Positions 17,836 through 27,624 of a stretch of 39,797 nt of DNA are shown piece after piece (position 1 is the stretch's first letter; each line of letters opens with the position of its first letter). Source of the stretch: an uncultured Mycoplasmatota bacterium (GTDB taxonomy: Bacteria; Bacillota_I; Bacilli_A; RF39; UBA660); the NCBI GenBank assembly GCA_949289505.1, contig CASEOP010000048.1, positions 1 through 39,797 of the forward strand. The letters run 5' to 3'. The position numbers and the translations under genes were made by a program. The notes beneath the pieces are model-generated. The model ran no database searches. It was not told the DNA's origin and saw nothing but the letters and a program-made list of their open reading frames with translations.

Positions 17836-17864
17836 TTTAAACCAAAGATAAAATGTGATATAAT
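17836..17864 (+). promoter_or_regulatory. Promoter candidate for ftsEX
   Basis: TTTAAA, 17-nt spacer, extended -10 TGATATAAT (17856-17864). Confidence 0.4.
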
Positions 17865-17889
17865 ACCCATATACTAGTAGGAGGTATTC

Positions 17890-18591
17890 ATGAGATTTAT
17901 TGAAATAAAACATTGTTACAAAGTATATAAAAATGGTGTAGCAGCCGTTGCCGATTTATCCCTTAATATTAATAAGGGGGAATTTGTTTTTGTAATAGGA
18001 GCAAGTGGCTCAGGCAAGTCTACTTTAATTAAAATGTTATATCGTGAAGAAAAACCAACTAAAGGAATTGTCGAAATAGGTGGTATAAACGTTGGTAAAT
18101 TACGTAATCGAACTGTATATAAATTAAGACGTAAATTAGGAATAGTTTTTCAAGATTTTAAACTATTACCTAAGCTAACTGTATATGAAAACGTTGCTTT
18201 TGCACTAGAATGTTTAGGCATGAAGGGTAAAGAAATCAGACCAAAAGTAATAAAAGCTTTAGAACATGTTGGCTTAAAAGAAAAAATTCGTAGTTTTCCC
18301 AATGAGTTATCAGGTGGCGAACAGCAAAGAGTATGTATTGCTAGAGCAATAGTTAATAATCCCAAATTATTAATATGTGATGAGCCGACAGGAAATCTTG
18401 ATCCTAAAACATCAAAAGGTATAATGGAAGTGTTAGAAACAATCAATAAAGAATTAGGCACAACTATTATCATGGCTACTCATGATAAAGAAATAGTAAA
18501 CCGTATGAAGAAAAGAGTAATTGTTTTAGAAAATGGCCTTTTAGTTCAAGATCATGAGAAAGGAAGTTATAAAGCTAGTGAAAGTATTTAG
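17890..18591 (+). CDS. ftsE: Cell division ATP-binding protein FtsE
   Basis: Walker A GASGSGKST, ABC signature LSGGEQQRV, Walker B LLICDEPT. It is followed by ftsX. Confidence 0.92.
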   Translation: MRFIEIKHCYKVYKNGVAAVADLSLNINKGEFVFVIGASGSGKSTLIKMLYREEKPTKGIVEIGGINVGKLRNRTVYKLRRKLGIVFQDFKLLPKLTVYENVAFALECLGMKGKEIRPKVIKALEHVGLKEKIRSFPNELSGGEQQRVCIARAIVNNPKLLICDEPTGNLDPKTSKGIMEVLETINKELGTTIIMATHDKEIVNRMKKRVIVLENGLLVQDHEKGSYKASESI

Positions 18592-19471
18592 AATATTAGG
18601 AAGAAGTATTAGAGACTCTTTTAAAAGCGTCTTTAGAAACTTTAGTTTAAGTATCGCAAGTATACTATGTACAACAATAACTTTAATTTTAGTTGCCATT
18701 GCCATTGTTTTAACTCTTAATGTCAATTACATAACCAAAGACTTAGAAGAAGAATTAACAATTGTAGTATATGCTAAAAATGAAACAAGTGACGAAGATT
18801 TAAAAATAATTGAAAATAAAATTAATAACATTAATGCTGTAGCAAATGTGGAAGTAAAAAGTAAAGAAGAATGGCGCTTAGAAATGCAAAGTTATTCTGA
18901 TACATTAAATACAACTTTAGAATATTTAGAAGAAAATCCATTATTAGATTCATACATTGTAACAGTTAAAAATGTTGATGACTTAAAACCAGTAGCGCTA
19001 GAAATAAGAGAGTTAGATAATATAGAAAGTGCCAATTATGGTGAAGGAATGGTTGAGGATATAATATCAGTCTTTGATATAATTAAAACGGTAACTTTCT
19101 CAATAGTTATAGCTCTAATTGTTGTAACAGCCTTTTTAATTAGTAATACAATTAAACTAACTATATTCTCTCGAAGAAATGAAATAGAAATTATGAGACT
19201 AGTTGGAAGCAGTAATACATCAATAAAATTACCTTTTGTATTTGAAGGCTTTTTATTAGGAGTTTTAGGTTCAATTATCCCTATTATCATAACTATATAT
19301 GGCTATTTAATAATGTATGAACAAATTAGTACTTCCCCATCATTTAGTATTATAAGCTTATTAAAACCAATGCCTTTTGTATTATACATATCCGTTGCCT
19401 TATTACTAATCGGCTCTATTGTTGGTATGTTTGGTTCCGCAAGAGCAGTAAGGAAGTATTTGAAGATATGA
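18554..19471 (+). CDS. ftsX: Cell division permease-like protein FtsX
   Basis: The layout is TM1, a large extracellular loop, then three C-terminal TMs. The signature IEIMRLVGSSNTSIKLPFVFEG is present. It overlaps the ftsE end, so the true start could be GTG 18578. Confidence 0.88.
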   Translation: MRKEVIKLVKVFRILGRSIRDSFKSVFRNFSLSIASILCTTITLILVAIAIVLTLNVNYITKDLEEELTIVVYAKNETSDEDLKIIENKINNINAVANVEVKSKEEWRLEMQSYSDTLNTTLEYLEENPLLDSYIVTVKNVDDLKPVALEIRELDNIESANYGEGMVEDIISVFDIIKTVTFSIVIALIVVTAFLISNTIKLTIFSRRNEIEIMRLVGSSNTSIKLPFVFEGFLLGVLGSIIPIIITIYGYLIMYEQISTSPSFSIISLLKPMPFVLYISVALLLIGSIVGMFGSARAVRKYLKI

Positions 19472-20706
19472 TAAAAAAAATTATAAATTATACTTTAAAT
19501 ATAGTATTAATTTTTGCTATATTAATTAGTTATTATGTTAGTCCTGAAATTGTTAATGCTTCTAACCCAGAAACATTAGGCGATCTTAGAAAGGAATATG
19601 AAAACTTATTAGCTGAAAAACGAGCTAATGACAATAAAACTGAAGCTGCAAAAGCCGAGATTGCTCGCAAAGAAGCCGCTATAAATGAAGCAAACGAAGG
19701 AATTAGTGATGCTGAAGATCAATATGAAGAAGCGGAACTTGCCATTTCTTTATCTAATGAAAAGATTGCCTCATTAGAAGAAGAAACTAAAAAAGTTTTA
19801 TTATATATGCAACAAATGCAAGGCCAAAATGCGTACGTTGAATATGTAACAGGAGCATCAAGCATGACTGAATTAATCATGCGAGCTCAAGCTGTAAACC
19901 AAGTAACGGGCTATATTCAAACAACAACCAAAAATTTAGAAGAAGAAATCAAGAAAAATGAACAATTAAAAATCGAGTTAAAAGAAAAAAAGGTTCAATT
20001 AGAAAATCAAATAGTTGCCTATCAAGCCGCAATAAGTGAACAGTATGGTAACATAGAAGAATATTCTAAATTTTCTGAAAGCATTGAAGAAAAAGTTACA
20101 AGTGCTAAAAATTTATATGAAAATTATAAAGGATTATGTAGTGAGAATGCTGGAAGCACAGCAGATAGTGTTTTACTTAGCAGTTGTACAAATGTGCCAG
20201 TAAATTCAGGGTGGTTAAAACCTTTAAATAGTGGTGTTATAAGTAGCCCCAAAGGATATCGTACCCATCCTACAACCGGTCAAGTCTATAGCTTTCATAA
20301 TGCAGTTGATATTGCCGTATCTGAAGGTACTAAAATATATGCCGCAGCAGCAGGGGTAGTAAAGGGAATATACGAAAAAACCAAATGTGGGGGAAATAAA
20401 GTTTATATCCAAGTATCAGTAGGAGGAAAAAATTATACGACCTATTACTATCACTTATTAAATATTTATGTAAAAGAAGGAGACGTAGTAACGCAAAACA
20501 CCGTTATAGGAACAGTAGGTGGCTATTCTACCTCAAGTCTTCATGGTGGATATGACACATGTTCAACTGGAGCTCACCTCCATTTTGGCGTTGCTGAAGG
20601 TTGGTATAAAAGCTCACCACCTAACTCTAAAGTTATAGTTCCCCCAGGATTTAAAAATTCCGTGGGCTATCGCTTTTATTCGCGAACTGATTATTATGGA
20701 AATTAG
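19468..20706 (+). CDS. Coiled-coil M23 (LytM-type) peptidoglycan DD-endopeptidase or hydrolase activator, EnvC-like partner of FtsEX
   Basis: A signal or anchor segment is followed by about 200 aa of heptad-rich coiled coil (LRKEYENLLAEKRAND...). The M23 motifs are HNAVDIAV and GAHLHFGV. The ATGA start overlaps the ftsX stop. Confidence 0.85.
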   Translation: MIKKIINYTLNIVLIFAILISYYVSPEIVNASNPETLGDLRKEYENLLAEKRANDNKTEAAKAEIARKEAAINEANEGISDAEDQYEEAELAISLSNEKIASLEEETKKVLLYMQQMQGQNAYVEYVTGASSMTELIMRAQAVNQVTGYIQTTTKNLEEEIKKNEQLKIELKEKKVQLENQIVAYQAAISEQYGNIEEYSKFSESIEEKVTSAKNLYENYKGLCSENAGSTADSVLLSSCTNVPVNSGWLKPLNSGVISSPKGYRTHPTTGQVYSFHNAVDIAVSEGTKIYAAAAGVVKGIYEKTKCGGNKVYIQVSVGGKNYTTYYYHLLNIYVKEGDVVTQNTVIGTVGGYSTSSLHGGYDTCSTGAHLHFGVAEGWYKSSPPNSKVIVPPGFKNSVGYRFYSRTDYYGN

Positions 20707-20730
20707 CATTCTACAAATGAATGCTTTTTT
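20706..20730 (+). terminator. Rho-independent terminator
   Basis: Stem gcattc / gaatgc with loop tacaaat, followed by T6. Confidence 0.65.
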
Positions 20731-20784
20731 CTATCTATACAAATATTAAAAAATAATATATAATTTAAATAATAGAGGGATTAT

Positions 20785-21186
20785 ATGATAAGTTATAAAA
20801 AAGCCAAATTAAAAGATAAACCAATGTTAATAAAATACAAGTTATTAACAATATTACCTTTTATAAAAGATGATGCCCAAAAATTACAAGTCATAGCATA
20901 CGTTAACAATTTTGTTGCCCACAACTATTTACATTTTAAAATAATACATCAAAATTTTAAAAAAATAGGGATTTATTGCTTACTAGACAATGAATTAGAT
21001 ACTTTATATATAAAAGATAAATATCAAAAGAAAGGATATGGTACCAAAATTTTAAATAACATAAAAATTAATATCAACACTATAAAAATTAACCCCAATA
21101 ATAGCCAAGCTTTAAAATTTTATCAAAAAAATGGTTTTACCAAAGTAGAAGTAGATAAAAATTATATAATTTTAAGAAAGGAATAA
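20785..21186 (+). CDS. GNAT family N-acetyltransferase
   Basis: Acetyl-CoA binding motif YQKKGYGTKILN and C-terminal ALKFYQKNGF. Confidence 0.75.
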   Translation: MISYKKAKLKDKPMLIKYKLLTILPFIKDDAQKLQVIAYVNNFVAHNYLHFKIIHQNFKKIGIYCLLDNELDTLYIKDKYQKKGYGTKILNNIKININTIKINPNNSQALKFYQKNGFTKVEVDKNYIILRKE

Positions 21187-21190
21187 TTAT

Positions 21191-21952
21191 ATGAAAATGA
21201 ATGATTTTTTAAAACAAATAGCAAGTGATATAAAAACCACCAACAAAGAGTTAACAAGCCAAGACTTTTACTATATTTTAAAATATTTAGGAATAAAAAA
21301 AGATGAATCTTTAAGCGAAGATATAGAAAATTTTTACCAAAGTTTCCTAGAAAGTCTTAATAATTCTTTAGTACGAAACATAACTAAAAAAACCGGTCAA
21401 AAAAATAACACTACCCACTACATAGCATTTTACACTAATAAAAGAGCAAGTTATAAAGAAGCTCTTAAAGTATATTTTCCTGTAAAATATGAATATATGA
21501 TAAGTTCACTAAAAACTGTATTTGCTTATTTAATACGTAACAATATAGAATCAGTCGTAAAATTCCATTTAAAAGCCACCAATGAAAATATTGTTATACG
21601 TTTTTATCATGAAGAAGATGTATTACCATTTATAAATTATTGTAATAACTTTTTCATATTAGATGACCTTTTAGAAAAAACAAATCCATTTATAGCAACC
21701 ATATATAAAATAGGAGTAGTAAAAGATGATAATACACTTAATACATATAATGGTACTTTAAGTGAACTTTTAGCAAGCTATTTTACTTTCTTAAAAGATA
21801 ATAATGCTTTAGACAAAATAAGTGATCTTCATTTTTTAAATTACATCATTGAAAAAGAAAATATTGAAGATAATGAAATTATCAAATTTAATTTAAAGGC
21901 TATAGAAAATAATATAAAAGCAATTTTAACCCATACTAATCCACTTACTTAA
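21191..21952 (+). CDS. Hypothetical protein (253 aa)
   Basis: Long ORF tightly packed after the GNAT gene. No recognisable family. Confidence 0.55.
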   Translation: MKMNDFLKQIASDIKTTNKELTSQDFYYILKYLGIKKDESLSEDIENFYQSFLESLNNSLVRNITKKTGQKNNTTHYIAFYTNKRASYKEALKVYFPVKYEYMISSLKTVFAYLIRNNIESVVKFHLKATNENIVIRFYHEEDVLPFINYCNNFFILDDLLEKTNPFIATIYKIGVVKDDNTLNTYNGTLSELLASYFTFLKDNNALDKISDLHFLNYIIEKENIEDNEIIKFNLKAIENNIKAILTHTNPLT

Positions 21953-22006
21953 AAACACTTGATATAAATTAAATAGTGCGTTAAAATAATATGGCATGGA
22001 GATATT

Positions 22007-23329
22007 ATGAAAAAAGTTTTAATATATTTAGAAAATTTATTAAGCAAAGATGACTGTATAGTTGTAGCAACTAGTGGAGGACCTGATTCAATGTGTCTTC
22101 TTCATTTATTGTGTGATTTAAAAGATAAATTTAATTTAAAGCTAATAGTAGCTCATGTTAATCATAAATTAAGAATTGAAAGTGAAGAAGAAGCTGATTT
22201 TGTTAAAGAAGTAGCAACTAAAAACAATTTAATTTATGAATATATGGAAATACTAGAATATAATGATGATAATTTAGAAAATGATGCTAGAACAAAAAGG
22301 TATGAATTTTTTAATAAACTAGCAAGTATTTATCAAGCTAAATATTTAATGACTGCCCATCATGGTGATGATTTAATGGAAACCATTTTAATGCGCTTAA
22401 CTAGAGGAAGTAGCTTAAAGGGTTATAGTGGCTTTAAAAAAGAATACAGGCTAGATAATTATACTATTATAAGACCTTTAATAACTGAAACTAAAAAAAA
22501 TATTGAACAGTTTATGATTGATCACCATTATAAATATTATATTGATCAAAGTAATTTTTCATTTAAATATACAAGAAATAGATATCGACTAAAAGTACTA
22601 CCTTTTCTTAAAGAGGAGGACAAAAATGTTCATCAAAAATTTTTAAAATTTAGTGAAGAATTAATTGCTACCAATAACTTTATCGAAAAATATATAAAAG
22701 AATTAATAGCTAACATAAGTGATAAAAATGGTATAAAAATAAATGAGTTAAGAAAGTTAGATAAATTTTTATTAAAGAAAGTAATTGAATATACTTTAAC
22801 TAAAATATATATTGATGATTTATTTTTAATAAATGATAAGCACACTAATTTAATAATAGGTATTATAAGAAATGATAAAAGTAATAATAAAGTAAATTTA
22901 CCAAATGGTTATGAAGCTATAAAAAGTTATAATTATTATAAAATTGTCAAAATTAATAATGAAGATAATTATGAATATACGTTAGAAGAAAGTATAACTT
23001 TACCTAATCATAATACTATTAAAAAAATTAAGGAGTCTAATCTTAAATCAAATTATATAATAAGGTTAAATAGTAAAGAAATTAAACTACCAATAAAAGT
23101 AAGAAGTCGCCAAAACGGTGATAAAATGTTTGTAAAAAACTTAGGAGGTAGCAAAAAAATAAAAGACATTTACATAGATGAAAAAATTCCAATCGAAAAA
23201 AGGAAAGAAATTCCAATTGTAACTGATAGTAATAACACCATTCTTTGGCTACCAGGTGTAAAAAAGTCAAAATTTGATGTAGAAACTACTGGAATATATG
23301 ATATAATACTTAAATATGAGGAGGAATAA
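22007..23329 (+). CDS. tilS: tRNA(Ile)-lysidine synthase
   Basis: PP-loop VVATSGGPDSMCLLHLL, AHVNHKLR, TAHHGDD, and C-terminal TilS domain (RSRQNGDKM...GGSKKIKDIYID). The tilS-ftsH arrangement matches known synteny. Confidence 0.92.
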   Translation: MKKVLIYLENLLSKDDCIVVATSGGPDSMCLLHLLCDLKDKFNLKLIVAHVNHKLRIESEEEADFVKEVATKNNLIYEYMEILEYNDDNLENDARTKRYEFFNKLASIYQAKYLMTAHHGDDLMETILMRLTRGSSLKGYSGFKKEYRLDNYTIIRPLITETKKNIEQFMIDHHYKYYIDQSNFSFKYTRNRYRLKVLPFLKEEDKNVHQKFLKFSEELIATNNFIEKYIKELIANISDKNGIKINELRKLDKFLLKKVIEYTLTKIYIDDLFLINDKHTNLIIGIIRNDKSNNKVNLPNGYEAIKSYNYYKIVKINNEDNYEYTLEESITLPNHNTIKKIKESNLKSNYIIRLNSKEIKLPIKVRSRQNGDKMFVKNLGGSKKIKDIYIDEKIPIEKRKEIPIVTDSNNTILWLPGVKKSKFDVETTGIYDIILKYEEE

Positions 23330-23330
23330 A

Positions 23331-25295
23331 ATGAATATTAAAGATGTAAGGAAGAATAATACTGTAAGAAACTTTTTTCCCTATTTAGTTTTATTTATAA
23401 TAATTATTGCAACCTTATTTATATTAAACTTAGGAGGAAAAAAGGTAAATGAATTAACAACTGGAGAATTAATTACAGCATTACAAAAAAATGAAGTAAC
23501 AGAAATTACCATTATGCCTAAAAGTAGTGAATCAATATATTACATAAAAGGAAAAATAGATGGATATAAAAATAATGAATCTTTTGAAGCAAAAGTTGTT
23601 GAAGCTGAAGTAGACAATATCTTAGCTTTAACCTTAGAAAATGAAATAGCAGAATATGAAACAGAAGCTGATCCAGGTTCTAGTCCAGTTTTGTATATAA
23701 TTGTAAATGTTTTACCATTAGTAATATTAGTAATAATATCATATATATTATTTTCTAAATTAGCAAGTACTAATAAAGGTTCAATGGATTTTGGCAAGAG
23801 TAGAGCTAAACTAAGCGATGATAAACATCAAGCAAAATTTGCTGATGTAGCCGGTTTAAAAGAAGAAAAGGAAGAAGTAAAAGAATTAATAGACTTCTTA
23901 AAAAATCCTAAAAAGTTTCAAAAATTAGGAGCTAGAATACCAAAAGGTGTTCTACTAGTAGGCCCTCCAGGAACAGGTAAAACGCTTTTAGCAAGAGCAG
24001 TAGCAGGTGAAGCTAACGTTCCATTTTTCTATATCAGTGGTTCTGATTTCGTTGAATTATTTGTTGGTGTTGGAGCTTCTCGTGTACGTGAGATGTTTAA
24101 AGATGCTAAAAGAAATGCCCCATGCTTAATATTTATAGATGAAATAGATGCAGTAGGACGTCAAAGAGGAACAGGCCTAGGAGGAGGTCACGATGAACGT
24201 GAACAAACTCTAAACCAATTATTAACCGAAATGGACGGATTTGGAGAAAATGAAGGCATTATAATTATGGCTGCCACCAATAGACCTGATGTATTAGATC
24301 CAGCCCTACTTCGTCCAGGCCGTTTTGACCGTCAAGTTACTGTAAGCTTGCCTGATGCTAATGAAAGGGAAGCAATATTAAAAGTTCATGCTCGTAACAA
24401 AATATTAGCAAGTGATGTTAACATTAAAAATTTAAGTTTAAGAACACCAGGATTTAGTGGCGCAGACCTAGAGAATCTTCTTAATGAAGCAGCATTACTA
24501 GCCGTAAGAAGAAATAAAGATGCAATAACAATGGATGAAATAGATGAAGCAACTGATCGTGTATTAATGGGACCTGCCAAAGTAAGTCGAAAAATTACGG
24601 ATAAAGAAAAGAAATTAGTAGCTATTCATGAATCAGGTCATGCCGTAATTGGTTTAAAACTTGAAGATGCAAATGAAGTTCATAAAATAACTATAATTCC
24701 TAGAGGTGTAGCAGGTGGTTACACAATGATGTTACCAAAAGAAGAAAAAATAGGCATAATGACCAAAAAGGAATTAGAAGCTCAAATTACCGGTTTACTA
24801 GCCGGAAGAGTTAGTGAAGAAATGTATCTAGGTGAAATTACAACAGGAGCATCTGATGATTTCAAAAGAGCAACTAATATTGCTCGCGCAATGGTTACTG
24901 AATATGGTATGAGTGACTTAGGCCCAGTAGAATATGAAGAAAAAACTGGTGGAGTGTTCTTAGGTCGAGATTATGGTAAAGCTAAAAATTTCTCTGATAA
25001 AGTAGCTCATGAAATAGATGAAGAAGTACGAAAAATAATAAATGAATGCTATGAAAAAGCTAAAAATATATTAAAAGCTAACAAAGATTTAGTAATGTTA
25101 TTAGCTGATGCTTTAATTGAAAATGAAACACTAACCAAAGAACAAATAGATTCATTAGTAAAAACTGGAAAAATGAGTTCAAGTGAATCATCAGAAAAAA
25201 CAATAACTGAACTTAGAGAAGAAGCTAAAATAAAAGGAATTAAAGGCTATACCAAAATGACTAAAGAAGAATTAGAAGAAGCATTAAAAGACTAA
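23331..25295 (+). CDS. ftsH: ATP-dependent zinc metalloprotease FtsH
   Basis: Walker A GPPGTGKT, Walker B IIFIDEID, SRH region, Zn motif HESGHA. The ORF track starts at 23316, but ATG 23331 follows GAGGAGG by 6 nt. Confidence 0.95.
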   Translation: MNIKDVRKNNTVRNFFPYLVLFIIIIATLFILNLGGKKVNELTTGELITALQKNEVTEITIMPKSSESIYYIKGKIDGYKNNESFEAKVVEAEVDNILALTLENEIAEYETEADPGSSPVLYIIVNVLPLVILVIISYILFSKLASTNKGSMDFGKSRAKLSDDKHQAKFADVAGLKEEKEEVKELIDFLKNPKKFQKLGARIPKGVLLVGPPGTGKTLLARAVAGEANVPFFYISGSDFVELFVGVGASRVREMFKDAKRNAPCLIFIDEIDAVGRQRGTGLGGGHDEREQTLNQLLTEMDGFGENEGIIIMAATNRPDVLDPALLRPGRFDRQVTVSLPDANEREAILKVHARNKILASDVNIKNLSLRTPGFSGADLENLLNEAALLAVRRNKDAITMDEIDEATDRVLMGPAKVSRKITDKEKKLVAIHESGHAVIGLKLEDANEVHKITIIPRGVAGGYTMMLPKEEKIGIMTKKELEAQITGLLAGRVSEEMYLGEITTGASDDFKRATNIARAMVTEYGMSDLGPVEYEEKTGGVFLGRDYGKAKNFSDKVAHEIDEEVRKIINECYEKAKNILKANKDLVMLLADALIENETLTKEQIDSLVKTGKMSSSESSEKTITELREEAKIKGIKGYTKMTKEELEEALKD

Positions 25296-25304
25296 TGCTT
25301 TTTT
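25281..25304 (+). terminator. Rho-independent terminator after ftsH
   Basis: Stem gcatta / taatgc with loop aaagac, followed by T6. It spans the stop codon. Confidence 0.55.
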
Positions 25305-25360
25305 AAATTAGCTTGAAAGAGCAAACATGATTTGTTAAAATAAATTAGGGAAGTGAAAAA

Positions 25361-25849
25361 ATGAAAAGAGTAGACAAAATAAACTATTATTTAGACTTAG
25401 CCGAAGTAGCTTTAGAACGATCTACATGTTTAAGAAAAAAATGGGGAGCCATTATTGTTAAAAATGATGAGATAATAGCTACAGGTTATAATGGTGCTCC
25501 AAGAGGAAGAAAAAATTGCATTGATTTAAACTTTTGTCAAAGAGAAGAAATGCACATTCCAAGAGGTGAGCGCTATGAATTATGCCGCAGTGTTCATGCT
25601 GAGGCCAATGCAATTATAAGCGCCTCAAGAAAAGATTGCTTAGATTCAACTTTATATATGGTTGGAGTTGAAGCTAAAGATAATAGTTATGTATCGCATG
25701 CAAGACCATGTGCAATGTGTAAAAGAATGATTATTAATGCTGGAATAAAAAATATTATAGTGAGAAATACTAAAAAAGAATATGAAATAATTGAAGTTAA
25801 AGAATTTATTGATAATGACGAATCACTAGAAAAAGTAATGGGATATTAA
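25361..25849 (+). CDS. comEB: dCMP deaminase family (ComEB-like) zinc deaminase
   Basis: Motifs HAEANAI and PCAMCKRMIINAGI. Confidence 0.85.
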   Translation: MKRVDKINYYLDLAEVALERSTCLRKKWGAIIVKNDEIIATGYNGAPRGRKNCIDLNFCQREEMHIPRGERYELCRSVHAEANAIISASRKDCLDSTLYMVGVEAKDNSYVSHARPCAMCKRMIINAGIKNIIVRNTKKEYEIIEVKEFIDNDESLEKVMGY

Positions 25850-25860
25850 TTCCATTTTTT
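25837..25860 (+). terminator. Rho-independent terminator candidate
   Basis: Stem aatggga / ttccatt (one G-U pair) with a 6-nt loop, followed by a T-run. Confidence 0.45.
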
Positions 25861-25943
25861 AAATTAACTAAATAATAACATCTAGCAATTTTAAATAAAA
25901 CATGGTAATATTAAGTAGAAATAAAATAAGGATGTGAATAACC

Positions 25944-27593
25944 TTGAAAAAAAGATTTATATTTGATGAAAATTATATAAAAAAATATGCTAAAAGAGGT
26001 CGTTTAAGATGGTTAATTATTGGTTTATCAACTCTTGTATTAATTACTATAATCATAATAGTATTATTAGCAAACAAAAATAAACCTAAAAATCCTACTG
26101 AACCAGCTCTTCCCGTATTCGAAATAAAAGAAGAATTAAAAATAGAAGCAGGAAGTAAATTACCAGCTAAAATAGACTATTTTGATAAATTAGAAAACAT
26201 AGACGAGGCTGAAATAGAAATAATTTATCCTGATGAATTCGAACTAAGTTATGATACTTCATTATGCGAAAAAGAAGTAATTGAAGAAATATATAGTAGT
26301 GAAAACCCTAATTATGAAGAATATGAATGTGTTATCAATTATTTGATAACTCCTGCTAGTTATGGTATTACAGTTAAAATTCAAAATGAAGAATATACCG
26401 TTAATTTAATAGTAGAGGATACAAAGCCACCAGTTTTAATAACTCAAGACTTAGAAATATTTGAAAATGAGAAATATGAAGCAACTAATTTTGTAAGTTC
26501 TTGTCTAGATACTACTAGTGAATGTACTATTTCATATTATAGTGATGATAAAGATGAAAATGATAATCCAATAGATTATGCAAACATAACTGAAGTTGGT
26601 GAACACAAAATTAAAATAGTTGCAACTGATGAATATGGTAATACTACTAGTCCAACTGAAGCTAAATTAACTATCTTAAAAAATGATGGAACGTATTACA
26701 CGATTACTTTTAACTCTGATGGTGGTTCTCAAGTAAATGATAAAAATGTTATAGAAAATGGCATAGTTATTAAACCCACAACTCCAACTAAAGAAGGCTA
26801 TGAATTTATAGGTTGGTATTTAAATGATGAATTATTTGACTTTAATACGAAAATAACTAGTGATATTAATTTGATAGCAAAATGGAAATTAGTTGAATCA
26901 GAAAATAGTGGAGGTGGTAATAGTGGAAATGGTAGTACACCGGAAAAACCTTCAATAATAAATGTCACAAGTATATCATTAAATTACAAAACTATCTATT
27001 TAACAATGGGTCAAACCAAAACAGTCACTGCAAGTATATATCCTGCTAATGCAACTAATAAAACGATTACATGGAGTAGTTCTAATAATAATATAGCTCA
27101 AGTATCTAATGGTAATATAACCGCAGTAGGAATTGGAAATGCAACCATTACAGCTACTGTAGGGGGAAAAACTGCTAGTGTCCAAGTAATAGTCAATGAC
27201 ACAAGTAGTAGTCCAACATGTAAATATGGTGATACAGTTTATAATAAAAGCTACATATTATCAGTAAATTTAACCCAAAATAATTGTGCAATAGACCCTA
27301 ATAGCAACCCTAGTGAAACTTTATCTTTAACTGATCGTTCAAGATTAGTCAATAATTTAGGTTCAATGGGTATAAATGCTTCAAATAATATAGCTCATGA
27401 GGCCACAATTCAAAAAGTTAAAAATACTAGTGGCCTAGGTTTAGTTGGCTATCAAATAACCATCAAAGCAAGTGTAATAGATACTAACAATCCGTATGTA
27501 GTCATGACTAGCGAATACATCTTAAATCCAGATGGTTCAAGAAAATTTATAACTAATAACATATGTAAAAACAATGTATGTTTATACCCATAA
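25944..27593 (+). CDS. Membrane-anchored surface protein with a Listeria-Bacteroides (Flg_new) repeat and a Big_2 domain
   Basis: TTG start and N-terminal TM (WLIIGLSTLVLITIIIIVLL). The Flg_new-like unit is YTITFNSDGGSQV...PTKEGYEFIGWYLNDELFDFNTKITSDINLIAKW. The Big_2-like unit is VTSISLNYKTIYLTMGQTKTVTASIYPANATNKTITWSSSNNNIAQVSNGNITAVGIGNATITATVGGKTASVQV. Confidence 0.75.
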   Translation: MKKRFIFDENYIKKYAKRGRLRWLIIGLSTLVLITIIIIVLLANKNKPKNPTEPALPVFEIKEELKIEAGSKLPAKIDYFDKLENIDEAEIEIIYPDEFELSYDTSLCEKEVIEEIYSSENPNYEEYECVINYLITPASYGITVKIQNEEYTVNLIVEDTKPPVLITQDLEIFENEKYEATNFVSSCLDTTSECTISYYSDDKDENDNPIDYANITEVGEHKIKIVATDEYGNTTSPTEAKLTILKNDGTYYTITFNSDGGSQVNDKNVIENGIVIKPTTPTKEGYEFIGWYLNDELFDFNTKITSDINLIAKWKLVESENSGGGNSGNGSTPEKPSIINVTSISLNYKTIYLTMGQTKTVTASIYPANATNKTITWSSSNNNIAQVSNGNITAVGIGNATITATVGGKTASVQVIVNDTSSSPTCKYGDTVYNKSYILSVNLTQNNCAIDPNSNPSETLSLTDRSRLVNNLGSMGINASNNIAHEATIQKVKNTSGLGLVGYQITIKASVIDTNNPYVVMTSEYILNPDGSRKFITNNICKNNVCLYP

Positions 27594-27624
27594 AAAAATA
27601 GAGAAACCAAATTCTCTATTTTTT
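27592..27624. terminator. Bidirectional rho-independent terminator between convergent genes
   Basis: Stem atagagaa / ttctctat, flanked by an A-run on the left and a T-run on the right. Confidence 0.65.

Noticed and set aside
23316-23330. The upstream ATG at 23316 as the FtsH start, and similarly 17198, 34796, 35408 and 30779 for their genes.
   Set aside because: In each case the upstream start lies inside or before the Shine-Dalgarno sequence, and a downstream in-frame ATG has proper 5-10-nt spacing. The downstream starts were preferred. This is a judgement call and has not been proven.
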